Source: Eledone cirrhosa (Eukaryota). Taken from it: a stretch of DNA of 64,000 nt. This document shows positions 24,101 through 42,100 of the stretch, piece by piece (within the stretch, counting starts at the first letter, position 1; the number at the start of each line of letters is the position of its first letter). The notes under the pieces are model-generated. The model did not search any database, was not told the DNA's origin, and saw only the letters and a list, made by a program, of their open reading frames with translations. Made by a program: the position numbers and the translations under genes. The DNA lies in contig OZ024741.1 of assembly GCA_964016885.1 (NCBI GenBank), positions 27,342,001-27,406,000 of the forward strand, read 5' to 3'.

Positions 24101-27100
24101 CTACTGAACACATACTAACTACAGAAAACATACTAACTACTGAACACATACTTACTAACTACAGAACACATACATAATAACGACTAATCACATATTAACT
24201 ACAGAACACATACATACTACAGAACACATACTAACTGCAGAACACATACTAACGACTGAACACATACTAACTACTGAAAACATACACATACTAACTACAG
24301 AACACATACACATACTAACTACTGAACACATACTAAATACAGACCACATACACATACTAACTACTGAACACATACTAACTACAGAGCACATACACATAAT
24401 AACTACAGAACACATACACATACTAACTACTAAACACATACAAACTCCAGAACACATACTAACTACAGAACACATACACATACTAACTACTAAACACATA
24501 CAAACTCCAGAACACATACTAACTACTGAACAGATACTAACTACTGAACATATACTAACTACAGAACACATACTAACTACCGAACACATACTAACTACTG
24601 AAAACATACACATACTAACTACAGAACACATACACATACTAACTACTGAACACATACTAACTACAGAGCACATACACATAATAACTACAGAACACATACA
24701 CATACTAACTACTGAACACATACTAACTACAGAACACATACTAACTACTGAATACATACTAACTACAGAACCCATACTAACTACTGAACACATACTAACT
24801 ACAGAACACATACTAACTACAGAACACATACTAACTACTGAACACATACTACCTACAGAACACATTCACATACTAACTACTGAACACATACTAACTACAG
24901 AACACATACTAACTACTGAACACATACTACCTACAGAACCCATACTAACTACTGAACACATACTAACTACAGAACACATACTAACTACTGAACACATACT
25001 AACTACAGAACCCATACTAACTACAGAACACATACTAACTACTGAACACATACTAACTACAGAACACATACTAACTACTGAACACATACTAACTACAGAA
25101 CACATACACATACTAACTACTGAACACATACTAACTACAGAACACATACACATACTAACTACTGAACACATACTAACTACAGAACACATACTAACTACTG
25201 AACACATACTAACTACAGAACACATACACATACTAACTACTGAACACATACTAACTACAGAACACATACACATACTAACTACTGAACACATACTAACTAC
25301 TGAACACATACTACCTACAGAACCCATACTAACTACAGAACACATACTAACTACTGAACACATACTAACTACAGAACACATACACATACTAACTACTGAA
25401 CACATACTAACTACAGAACACATACACATACTAACTACTGAACACATACTAACTACAGAACACATACACATACTAACTACTGAACACATACTAACTACAG
25501 AACACATACACATACTAACTACTGAACACATACTAACTACAGAACACATACACATACTAACTACTGAACACATACTAACTACAGAACACATACACATACT
25601 AACTACTGAACACATACTAACTACAGAACACATACACATACTAACTACTGAACACATACTAACTACAGAACACATACACATACTAACTACTGAACACATA
25701 CTAACTACAGAACACATACACATACTAACTACTGAACACATACTAACTACTGAACACATACTACCTACAGAACCCATACTAACTACAGAACACATACTAA
25801 CTACTGAACACATACTAACTACTGAACACATACTACCTACAGAACCCATACTAACTACAGAACACATACTAACTACTGAACACATACTAACTACAGAACA
25901 CATACACATACTAACTACTGAACACATACTAACTACAGAACACATACACATACTAACTACTGAACACATACTAACTACAGAACACATACACATACTAACT
26001 ACTGAACACATACTAACTACAGAACACATACTACCTACAGAACCCATACTAACTACAGAACACATACTAACTACTGAACACATACTAACTACAGAACACA
26101 TACACATACTAACTACTGAACACATACTAACTACAGAACACATACACATACTAACTACTGAACACATACTAACTACAGAACACATACACATACTAACTAC
26201 TGAACACATACTAACTACAGAACACATACACATACTAACTACTGAACACATACTAACTACAGAACACATACTAACTACTGAACACATACTAACTACAGAA
26301 CACATACACATACTAACTACTGAACACATACTAACTACAGAACACATACACATACTAACTACTGAACACATACTAACTACTGAACACATACTACCTACAG
26401 AACCCATACTAACTACAGAACACATACTAACTACTGAACACATACTAACTACAGAACACATACACATACTAACTACTGAACACATACTAACTACAGAACA
26501 CATACACATACTAACTACTGAACACATACTAACTACAGAACACATACACATACTAACTACTGAACACATACTAACTACAGAACACATACACATACTAACT
26601 ACTGAACACATACTAACTACAGAACACATACTAACTACTGAACACATACTAACTACAGAACACATACACATACTAACTACTGAACACATACTAACTACAG
26701 AACACATACACATACTAACTACTGAACACATACTAACTACAGAACACATACTAACTACTGAACACATACTAACTACAGAACACATACACATACTAACTAC
26801 TGAACACATACTAACTACAGAACACATACTAACTACTGAACACATACTAACTACTGAACACATACTACCTACAGAACCCATACTAACTACAGAACACATA
26901 CTAACTACTGAACACATACTAACTACAGAACACATACTAACTACAGAACAAATTCTAACTACAGAAGACATACTAACTGCAGAACACATACACATACTAA
27001 CTACAGAACCCATACTAACTACTGAACACATACTAACTACAGAACACATACTAACTACAGAACACATACTAACTACTGAACACATACTACCTACAGAACA

Positions 27101-30100
27101 CATTCACATACTAACTACTGAACACATACTAACTACAGAACCCATACTAACTACAGAACACATACTAACTACAGAACACATACTAACTACTGAACACATA
27201 CTACCTACAGAACCCATACTAACTACAGAACACATACTAACTACTGAACACATACTAACTACAGAACACATACTAACTACTGAACACATACTAACTACAG
27301 AACACATACACATACTAACTACTGAACACATACTAACTACAGAACACATACACATACTAACTACTGAACACATACTAACTACAGAACACATACACATACT
27401 AACTACTGAACACATACTAACTACAGAACACATACACATACTAACTACTGAACACATACTAACTACAGAACACATACACATACTAACTACTGAACACATA
27501 CTAACTACAGAACACATACTAACTACTGAACACATACTAACTACAGAACACATACACATACTAACTACTGAACACATACTAACTACAGAACACATACACA
27601 TACTAACTACTGAACACATACTAACTACAGAACACATACACATACTAACTACTGAACACATACTAACTACAGAACACATACTAACTACTGAACACATACT
27701 AACTACAGAACACATACACATACTAACTACTGAACACATACTAACTACAGAACACATACTAACTACTGAACACATACTAACTACAGAACACATACACATA
27801 CTAACTACTGAACACATACTAACTACAGAACACATACACATACTAACTACTGAACACATACTAACTACAGAACACATACACATACTAACTACTGAACACA
27901 TACTAACTACAGAACACATACTAACTACTGAACACATACTAACTACAGAACACATACACATACTAACTACTGAACACATACTAACTACAGAACACATACA
28001 CATACTAACTACTGAACACATACTAACTACAGAACACATACACATACTAACTACTGAACACATACTAACTACAGAACACATACTAACTACTGAACACATA
28101 CTAACTACAGAACACATACACATACTAACTACTGAACACATACTAACTACAGAACACATACACATACTAACTACTGAACACATACTAACTACAGAACACA
28201 TACTAACTACTGAACACATACTAACTACAGAACACATACACATACTAACTACTGAACACATACTAACTACAGAACACATACACATACTAACTACTGAACA
28301 CATACTAACTACTGAACACATACTACCTACAGAACCCATACTAACTACAGAACAAATTCTAACTACAGAAGACATACTAACTGCAGAACTCATACACATA
28401 CTAACTACTGAACACATACTAACTACTGAACACATACTAACTACAGAACACATACTAACTACAGAACACATACTAACTACAGAACACATACTAACTGCAG
28501 AACACATACTAACGACTGAACACATACTAACTACAGAACACATCATACTAACTACTGAACACATACTAATGACAGAATATATAGTAACTACAGAACACAT
28601 ACTAACTACAGAACACATACACATACTAACTACTGAACACATACTAACTACAGAACACATTCTAAATACAGAACACATACTAACTACAGAAAACATACTA
28701 ACTACAGAACACATACACATACTAACTACTGAACACATACTAACTAAAGAACACATACTAACTACTGAACACATACTAACTACAGAACACATACACATAC
28801 TAACTACTAAACATACTAACTCCAGAACACATACTAACTACAGAACACATACTAACTACTGAACAGATACTAACTACAGAACACGTACATACTAACTACT
28901 GAACACATACTAACTACTGAACACATACTAACTACAGAACACATGCTAACTACATAACACATACTAACTGCAGAATACATACTAACTACATAACACACAC
29001 ACATACTAACTACAGAACACTTACTAACTACAGAACACTCACACATACTAACTACAGAACACACACACATACTAACTACTGAAGACATACATACTAACTA
29101 CAGAACACATACATACTAACTACTGCACACATACTAACTACGGAACACATGCTAACTATAGAACACATACACATACTAACTACTGAACAGATACTAACTA
29201 CAGAACACGTACTAACTACAGAACACATACTAACTACTGAACACATACTAACTACAGAATACATACATACTAACTACTGCACACATACTAACTGCAGAAC
29301 ACATAATAACTGCGGAACACACACACATACTAACTACAGAACACTTACTAACTACAGAACACACAGACATACTAACTACAGAACACATACTAACTACAGA
29401 ACACATACTAACTACTGAACACATACTAATTACAGAACACATACTAACTACAGAACACATACTACCTACTGAACACTTACATACTAACTAGAGAACACAT
29501 ACATACTAACTACTGAACACATACCAACTACTGAACACATACTAACTACAGAACACATACTAACTACAAAACACATACACATACTAACTACTGAACACAT
29601 ACTAACTACAGAACACATACTAACTACAGAACACATACTAACTACTGAACACATACTACCTACCGAACACATACTAATTACAGAACACATACTAAGTACA
29701 GAACACATACTAACTACTGAACAGATACTAACTACAGAACACATACTGACTACTGAACAGATACTAACTACAGAACACACACTAGCTACAGAACACATAC
29801 TAACTACAGAACACATATTAACTACTGAACACATACTAACTACAGAACACATACTAACTACTGAACACATACTAACTACAGAACACATACATACTAATTA
29901 CTGAACATATACTAACTACAGAACACATACTAACTACAGAACACATACTAACTGCAGAACACATACTAACTACAGAACACACACACATACTAACTACAGA
30001 ACACTTACGAACTACAGAACACACACACATACTAACTACAGAACACTTACTAACTACAGAACACACACACATACTAACTACAGAACACATACTAACTACT

Positions 30101-33100
30101 GAACACATACTAACTACTGAACACATACTAACTACTGAACACATACTAACTACAGAACACATAGTAACTACAGGACACATACTAACTACTGAACAGATAC
30201 TAACTACAGAAAACATACTAACTACAGAACACATACTAACTACTGAACAGATACTAACTCAGAACATATACTAACTACAGAACACTTACTAACTACAGAA
30301 CAATTACTAACTACAGAACACACACACATACTAACTACAGAACACATACTAACCACTGAACACATACTAACTACAGAACACATACTAACTACAGAACACA
30401 TACTAACTACTGAACACATACTAACTACAGAACACATACATACTAACTACTGAACATATACTAACTACAGAACACATACTAACTACAGAACACATACTAG
30501 CTACTGAACACATATTAACTACAGAACACATACTAACTATTGAACACATACTAACTACAGAACACATACATACTAACTACTGAACATATACTAACTACAG
30601 AACACATACTAACTACAGAACACATACTAACTGCAGAACACATACTAACTACAGAACACACACACATACTAACTACAGAACACTTACTAACTACAGAACA
30701 CACACATATACTAACTACAGAACACTTACTATCTACAGAACACACACACATACTAACTACAGAACACATACTAACTACTGAACACATACTAACTACTGAA
30801 CACATACTAACTACTGAACACATACTAACTACTGAACACATACTAAGTACAGAACACATAGTAACTACAGAACACATACTAACTACTGAACACATACTAA
30901 CTACTGAACACATACTAACTACTGAACACATACTAACTACAGAACACATACTAACTACAGAACACTTACTAACTACAGAACACATACTAACTACAGAACA
31001 CTTACTAACTACAGAACACACACACATACTAACTACAGAACACATACTAACTACAGAACACATACTAACTACAGATCAATTACTAACTACAGAACACATA
31101 CTAACTACAGAACACATACTAACTACAGAACACATACTAACTACAGAACACTTACTAACTACAGAACATACACACATACTAACTACAGAACACATACTAA
31201 CTACAGAACACATACTAACTACAGAACACACACACATACTAACTACAGAGCACATACTAACTACAGAAAACTTACTAACTACAGAACACATACTAACTAC
31301 AGAACACTTACTAACTACAGAACACATACTAACTACAGAGCACATGCTAACTACAGAACACATACTAACTACAGAACACATACTAACTACTGAACACATA
31401 CTAATTACAGAACACATACTAACTACAGAACACATACTACCTACTGAACACTTACATACTAACTAGAGAACACATACATACTAACTACTGGACACATACC
31501 AACTACTGAACACATACTAACTACAGAACACAAACACATACTAACTACTGAACACATACTAACTACAGAACACATTCTAACTACAGAACACATACTAACT
31601 ACAGAAAACATACTAACTACAGAACACATACTTTCTACTGAACACATACTAACTACTGAACACATACTAACTTCAGAACGCATACTAACTACAGAACACG
31701 TACATATACTAACGACTGAACACATACTAACTACTGAACACATACTAACTACAGAACACATACTAACTACAGAATACATACTAACTACTGAACACATACT
31801 AACTACAGAAAACATACTAACTACTGAACACATACTTACTAACTACAGAACACATACATACTAACTACTAATCACATATTAACTACAGAACACATACATA
31901 CTAACTACTGAACAGATACTAACTACTGAACATATACTAACTACAGAACACATACTAATTACTGAACACATACTGAATACAGAACACATACTAACTACAG
32001 AACACATACTAACTACTGAACACATACTAACTACCGAACACATACTAACTACTGAAAACATACACATACTAACTACAGAACACATACACATACTAACTAC
32101 TGAACACATACTAACTACAGAGCACATACACATAATAACTACAGAACACATACACATAGTAACTACTAAACACATACAAACTCCAGAACACATACTAACT
32201 ACAGAACACATACTAACTACTGAACACATACTAACTACAGAACACATACTAACTACTGAATACATACTAACTACAGAACACATTCACATACTAACTACTG
32301 AACACATGCTAACTACAAAACATACTAACTACTGAACACATACTAACTACTGAACACATACTAACTACAGAACACATACTAACTACAGAGCACATGCTAA
32401 CTACAGAACACATACTAACTACAGAACACTTACTAACTACAGAACACTTACTAACTACAGAACACTTACTAACTACAGAACACTTACTAACTACAGAACA
32501 CATACTAACTACAGAACGCATACTAACTACAGAACGCATACTAAATACAGAACACTTACTAACTACAGAACACATACTAACTACAGAACACTTACTAACT
32601 ACAGAACACATACTAACTACAGAACGCATACTAACTACAGAACGCATACTAACTACAGAACACTGACTAACTACAGAACACATACTAACTACAGAACACT
32701 TACTAACTACAGAACACATACTAACTACAGAACACTTACTAAATACAGAACACTTACTAACTACAGAACACTTACTAACTACAGAACACTTACTAACTAC
32801 AGAACACATACTAACTACAAAACGCATACTAACTACAGAACGCATACTAACTACAGAACACTTACTAACTACAGAACTTACTAACTACAGAACACTTACT
32901 AACTACAGAACACTTACTAACTACAGAACACATACTAACTACAGAACACATACTAACTACAGAACACTTACTAACTACAGAAGTCATACACATACTAACT
33001 ACTGAACACATACTAACTACTGAACACATACTAACTACAGAACACATACTAACTACAGAACACATACTAACTACAGAACGCATAGTAACTGCAGAACACA

Positions 33101-36100
33101 TACTAACGACTGAACACATACTAACTACAGAACACATCATACTAACTACTGAACACATACTAATGACAGAACACATAGTAACTACAGAACACATACTAAC
33201 TACAGAACACATACACATACTAACTACTGAACACATACTAACTACAGAACACATTCTAAATACAGAACACATACTAACTACAGAAAACATACTAACTACA
33301 GAACACATACACATACTAACTACTGAACACATACTAACTAAAGAACACATACTAACTACTGAACACATACTAACTACATAACACATACACTTACTAACTA
33401 CTAAACATACTAACTCCAGAACACATACTAACTACAGAACACATACTAACTACAGAGCACATACTAACTACAGAACACATACTAACTACAGAACACTTAC
33501 TAACTACAGAACACATACTAACTACAGAATACTTACTAACTACAGAACACATACTAACTACAGGACACATACTAACTACAGAACACACACACATACTAAC
33601 TACAGAACACATAATAACTGCAGAACACACACACATACTAACTACAGAACACTTACTAACTACAGAACACGCAGACATACTAACTACAGAACACATACTA
33701 ACTACAGAACACATACTAACTACTGAACACATACTAATTACAGAACACATACTAACTACAGAACACATACTACCTACTGAACACTTACATACTAACTAGA
33801 GAACACATACATACTAACTACTGGACACATACCAACTACTGAACACATACTAACTACAGAACACAAACACATACTAACTACTGAACACATACTAACTACA
33901 GAACACATTCTAACTACAGAACACATACTAACTACAGAAAACATACTAACTACAGAACACATACTTTCTACTGAACACATACTAACTACTGAACACATAC
34001 TAACTTCAGAACGCATACTAACTACAGAACACGTACATATACTAACGACTGAACACATACTAACTACTGAACACATACTAACTACAGAACACATACTAAC
34101 TACAGAATACATACTAACTACTGAACACATACTAACTACAGAAAACATACTAACTACTGAACACATACTTACTAACTACAGAACACATACATACTAACTA
34201 CTAATCACATATTAACTACAGAACACATACATACTAACTACTGAACAGATACTAACTACTGAACATATACTAACTACAGAACACATACTAATTACTGAAC
34301 ACATACTGAATACAGAACACATACTAACTACTGAACACATACTAACTACCGAACACATACTAACTACTGAAAACATACACATACTAACTACAGAACACAT
34401 ACACATACTAACTACTGAACACATACTAACTACAGAGCACATACACATAATAACTACAGAACACATACACATAGTAACTACTAAACACATACAAACTCCA
34501 GAACACATACTAACTACAGAACACATACTAACTACTGAACACATACTAACTACAGAACACATACTAACTACTGAATACATACTAACTACAGAACACATTC
34601 ACATACTAACTACTGAACACATGCTAACTACAAAACATACTAACTACTGAACACATACTAACTACTGAACACATACTAACTACAGAACACATACTAACTA
34701 CAGCACACATACTAACTACTGAACACATTCTAACTACAGAACACATACTAACTACTGAACACATACTAACTACTGAACACATACTAACTACAGAACACAT
34801 ACACATACTAACTACTGAACACATACTAACTACAGAACACATACTAACTACTGAACACATACTAACTACAGAACCCATACTAACTACAGAACAAATTCTA
34901 ACTACAGAACACATTCTAACTACAGAACACATACTAACTACAGAACACATACTAACTACAGAACTCATACACATACTAACTACTGAACACATACTAACTA
35001 CTGAACACATACTAACTACAGAACACATCATACTAACTACTGAACACATACTAATGACAGAACACATAGTAACTACAGAACACATACTAACTACAGAACA
35101 CATACACATACTAACTACTGAACACATACTAACTACAGAACACATTCTAAATACAGAACACATACTAACTACAGAAAACATACTAACTACAGAACACATA
35201 CACATACTAACTACTAAACATACTAACTCCAGAACACATACTAACTACTGAACAGATACTAACTACAGAACACGTACATACTAACTACTGAACACATACT
35301 AACTACTGAACACATACTAACTACAGAACACATGCTAACTACATAACACATACTAACTGCAGAATACATACTAACTACATAACACACACACATTCTAACT
35401 ACAGAACACTTACTAACTACAAAACACTCACACATACTAACTACAGAACACACACACATACTAACTACTGAAGACATACATACTAACTACAGAACACATA
35501 CATACTAACTACTGAACACATACTAACTACAGAACACATACAAACTACAGAACACTTACTAACTACTGAACACATACTAACTACAGAACACATACTAACT
35601 ACAGAGCACATACTAACTACAGAACACTTACTAACTACTGAACAGATACTAACTACAGAACACTTACTAACTACAGAACACTTACTAACTACTGAACACA
35701 TACTAACTACAGAACACTTACTAACTACAGAAGACACACACATACTAACTACAGAACACATACTAACTACAGAACACTTACTAACTACAGAACACTTACT
35801 AACTACAGAACACATACTAACTACAGAACACATACTAATTACAGAACACATACTAACTACAGAACACATACTAACTACAGAACACATAATAACTACAGAA
35901 CACTTACTAACTACTGAACACATTCTAACTACAGAACACTTACTAACTACAAAACACTCACACATACTAACTACAGAACACACACACATACTAACTACTG
36001 AAGACATACATACTAACTACAGAACACATACATACTAACTACTGAACACATACTAACTACAGAACACATACAAACTACAGAACACTTACTAACTACTGAA

Positions 36101-39100
36101 CACATACTAACTACAGAACACATACTAACTACAGAGCACATACTAACTACAGAACACTTACTAACTACTGAACAGATACTAACTACAGAACACTTACTAA
36201 CTACAGAACACTTACTAACTACTGAACACATACTAACTACAGAACACTTACTAACTACAGAAGACACACACATACTAACTACAGAACACATACTAACTAC
36301 AGAACACTTACTAACTACAGAACACTTACTAACTACAGAACACATACTAACTACAGAACACATACTAATTACAGAACACATACTAACTACAGAACACATA
36401 CTAACTACAGAACACATAATAACTACAGAACACTTACTAACTACTGAACACATACTAACTACAGAACACTTACTAACTACAGAACACTTACTAACTACTG
36501 AACACATACTAACTACAGAACACTTACTAACTACAGAACACACACACATACTAACTACCGAACACTTACTAACTACAGAACACACACACATTCTAACTAC
36601 AGAGCACATGCTGACTACAGAACACATACTAACTACAGAACACTTACTACCTACAGAACACTTACTAACTACTGAACACATACTAACTACAGAACACTTA
36701 CTAACTACAGAACACACACACATACTAACTACAGAACACTTACTAACTACAGAACACACACACATACTAACTACAGAACACATACTAACTACAGAACACT
36801 TACTAACTACAGAACACATACTAACTACAGAACACTTACTAACTACAGAACACATACTAACTACAGAACACTTACTAACTACAGAACACACACACATACT
36901 AACTACAGAACACATACTAACTACAGAACACATACTAACTACAAATCACTTACTAACTACAGAACACATACTAACTACAGAACACATACTAACTACAGAA
37001 CACATACTAACTACAGAACACTTACTAACTACAGAACACACACACATACTAACTACAGAACACATACTAACTACAGAACACACACACATACTAACTACAG
37101 AGCACATACTAACTACAGAAAACTTACTAACTACAGAACACATACTAACTACAGAACACTTACTAACTACAGAACACATACTAACTACAGAGCACATGCT
37201 AACTACAGAACACATACTAACTACAGAACACTTACTAACTACAGAACACTTACTAACTACAGAACACTTACTAACTACAGAACACTTACTAACTACAGAA
37301 CACATACTAACTACAGAACGCATACTAACTACAGAACGCATACTAAATACAGAACACTTACTAACTACAGAACATACTAACTACAGAACACTTACTAACT
37401 ACAGAACACATACTAACTACAGAACGCATACTAACTACAGAACGCATACTAACTACAGAACACTGACTAACTACAGAACACATACTAACTACAGAACACT
37501 TACTAACTACAGAACACATACTAACTACAGTACACTTACTAAATACAGAACACTTACTAACTACAGAACACTTACTAACTACAGAACACTTACTAACTAC
37601 AGAACACATACTAACTACAGAACGCATACTAACTACAGAACACTTACTAACTACAGAACTTACTAACTATAGAACACTTACTAACTACAGAACACTTACT
37701 AACTACAGAACACATACTAACTACAGAACACATACTAACTACAGAACACTTACTAACTACAGAACTCATACACATACTAACTACTGAACACATACTAACT
37801 ACAGAACACATACTAACTACAGAACACATACTAACTACAGAACGCATATTAACTGCAGAACACATACTAACGACTGAACACATACTAACTACAGAACACA
37901 TCATACTAACTACTGAACACATACTAATGACAGAACACATAGTAACTACAGAACACATACTAACTACAGAACACATACACATACTAACTACTGAACACAT
38001 ACTAACTACAGAACACATTCTAAATACAGAACACATACTAACTACAGAAAACATACTAACTACAGAACACATACACATACTAACTACTGAACACATACTA
38101 ACTAAAGAACACATACTAACTACTGAACACATACTAACTACAGAACACATACACATACTAACTACTAAACATACTAACTCCAGAACACATACTAACTACA
38201 GAACACATACTAACTACAGAGCACATACTAACTACAGAACACATACTAACTACAGAACACTTACTAACTACAGAACACATACTAACTACAGGACACATAC
38301 TAACTACAGAACACACACACATACTAACTACAGAACACATAATAACTGCAGAACACACACACATACTAACTACAGAACACTTACTAACTACAGAACACAC
38401 AGACATACTAACTACAGAACACATACTAACTACAGAACACATACTAACTACTGAACACATACTAATTACAGAACACATACTAACTACAGAACACATACTA
38501 CCTACTGAACACTTACATACTAACTAGAGAACACATACATACTAACTACTGGACACATACCAACTACTGAACACATACTAACTACAGAACACAAACACAT
38601 ACTAACTACTGAACACATACTAACTACAGAACACATTCTAACTACAGAACACATACTAACTACAGAAAACATACTAACTACAGAACACATACTTTCTACT
38701 GAACACATACTAACTACTGAACACATACTAACTTCAGAACACATACTAACTACAGAACACGTACATATACTAACGACTGAACACATACTAACTACTGAAC
38801 ACATACTAACTACAGAACACATACTAACTACAGAATACATACTAACTACTGAACACATACTAACTACAGAAAACATACTAACTACTGAACACATACTTAC
38901 TAACTACAGAACACATACATACTAACTACTAATCACATATTAACTACAGAACACATACATACTAACTACTGAACAGATACTAACTACTGAACATATACTA
39001 ACTACAGAACACATACTAATTACTGAACACATACTGAATACAGAACACATACTAACTACAGAACACATACTAACTACTGAACACATACTAACTACCGAAC

Positions 39101-42100
39101 ACATACTAACTACTGAAAACATACACATACTAACTACAGAACACATACACATACTAACTACTGAACACATACTAACTACAGAGCACATACACATAATAAC
39201 TACAGAACACATACACATAGTAACTACTAAACACATACAAACTCCAGAACACATACTAACTACAGAACACATACTAACTACTGAACACATACTAACTACA
39301 GAACACATACTAACTACTGAATACATACTAACTACAGAACACATTCACATACTAACTACTGAACACATGCTAACTACAAAACATACTAACTACTGAACAC
39401 ATACTAACTACTGAACACATACTAACTACAGAACACATATTAACTACAGAACACATACTAACTACTGAACACATTCTAACTACAGAACACATACTAACTA
39501 CTGAACACATACTAACTACAGAACACATACACATACTAACTACTGAACACATACTAACTACAGAACACATACTAACTACTGAACACATACTAACTACAGA
39601 ACCCATACTAACTACAGAACAAATTCTAACTACAGAACACATTCTAACTACAGAACACATACTAACTACAGAACACATACTAACTACAGAACTCATACAC
39701 ATACTAACTACTGAACACATACTAACTACTGAACACATACTAACTACAGAACACATCATACTAACTACTGAACACATACTAATGACAGAACACATAGTAA
39801 CTACAGAACACATACTAACTACAGAACACATACACATACTAACTACTGAACACATACTAACTACAGAACACATTCTAAATACAGAACACATACTAACTAC
39901 AGAAAACATACTAACTACAGAACACATACACATACTAACTACTAAACATACTAACTCCAGAACACATACTAACTACTGAACAGATACTAACTACAGAACA
40001 CGTACATACTAACTACTGAACACATACTAACTACTGAACACATACTAACTACAGAACACATGCTAACTACATAACACATACTAACTGCAGAATACATACT
40101 AACTACATAACACACACACATTCTAACTACAGAACACTTACTAACTACAAAACACTCACACATACTAACTACAGAACACACACACATACTAACTACTGAA
40201 GACATACATACTAACTACAGAACACATACATACTAACTACTGAACACATACTAACTACAGAACACATACAAACTACAGAACACTTACTAACTACTGAACA
40301 CATACTAACTACAGAACACATACTAACTACAGAGCACATACTAACTACAGAACACTTACTAACTACTGAACAGATACTAACTACAGAACACTTACTAACT
40401 ACAGAACACTTACTAACTACTGAACACATACTAACTACAGAACACTTACTAACTACAGAAGACACACACATACTAACTACAGAACACATACTAACTACAG
40501 AACACTTACTAACTACAGAACACTTACTAACTACAGAACACATACTAACTACAGAACACATACTAATTACAGAACACATACTAACTACAGAACACATACT
40601 AACTACAGAACACATAATAACTACAGAACACTTACTAACTACTGAACACATACTAACTACAGAACACTTACTAACTACAGAACACTTACTAACTACTGAA
40701 CACATACTAACTACAGAACACTTACTAACTACAGAACACACACACATACTAACTACCGAACACTTACTAACTACAGAACACACACACATTCTAACTACAG
40801 AGCACATGCTGACTACAGAACACATACTAACTACAGAACACTTACTACCTACAGAACACTTACTAACTACTGAACACATACTAACTACAGAACACTTACT
40901 AACTACAGAACACACACACATACTAACTACAGAACACTTACTAACTACAGAACACTTACTAACTACTGAACACATACTAACTACAGAACACTTACTAACT
41001 ACAGAACACACACACATACTAACTACAGAACACATACTAACTACAGAACACTTACTAACTACAGAACACATACTAACTACAGAACACTTACTAACTACAG
41101 AACACATACTAACTACAGAACACTTACTAACTACAGAACACACACACATACTAACTACAGAACACATACTAACTACAGAACACATACTAACTACAAATCA
41201 CTTACTAACTACAGAACACATACTAACTACAGAACACATACTAACTACAGAACACATACTAACTACAGAACACTTACTAACTACAGAACACACACACATA
41301 CTAACTACAGAACACATACTAACTACAGAACACATACTAACTACAGAACAAACACACATACTAACTACAGAGCACATACTAACTACAGAAAACTTACTAA
41401 CTACAGAACACATACTAACTACAGAACACTTACTAACTACAGAACACATACTAACTACAGAGCACATGCTAACTACAGAACACATACTAAATACAGAACA
41501 CATACTAACTACAGAAAACATACTAACTACAGAACACATACACATACTAACTACTGAACACATACTAACTAAAGAACACATACTAACTACTGAACACATA
41601 CTAACTACAGAACACATACACATACTAACTACTAAACATACTAACTCCAGAACACATACTAACTACAGAACACATACTAACTACAGAGCACATACTAACT
41701 ACAGAACACATACTAACTACAGAACACTTACTAACTACAGAACACATACTAACTACAGGACACATACTAACTACAGAACACACACACATACTAACTACAG
41801 AACACATAATAACTGCAGAACACACACACATACTAACTACAGAACACTTACTAACTACAGAACACACAGACATACTAACTACAGAACACATACTAACTAC
41901 TGAACACATACTAATTACAGAACACATACTAACTACAGAACACATACTACCTACTGAACACTTACATACTAACTAGAGAACACATACATACTAACTACTG
42001 GACACATACCAACTACTGAACACATACTAACTACAGAACACAAACACATACTAACTACTGAACACATACTAACTACAGAACACATTCTAACTACAGAACA

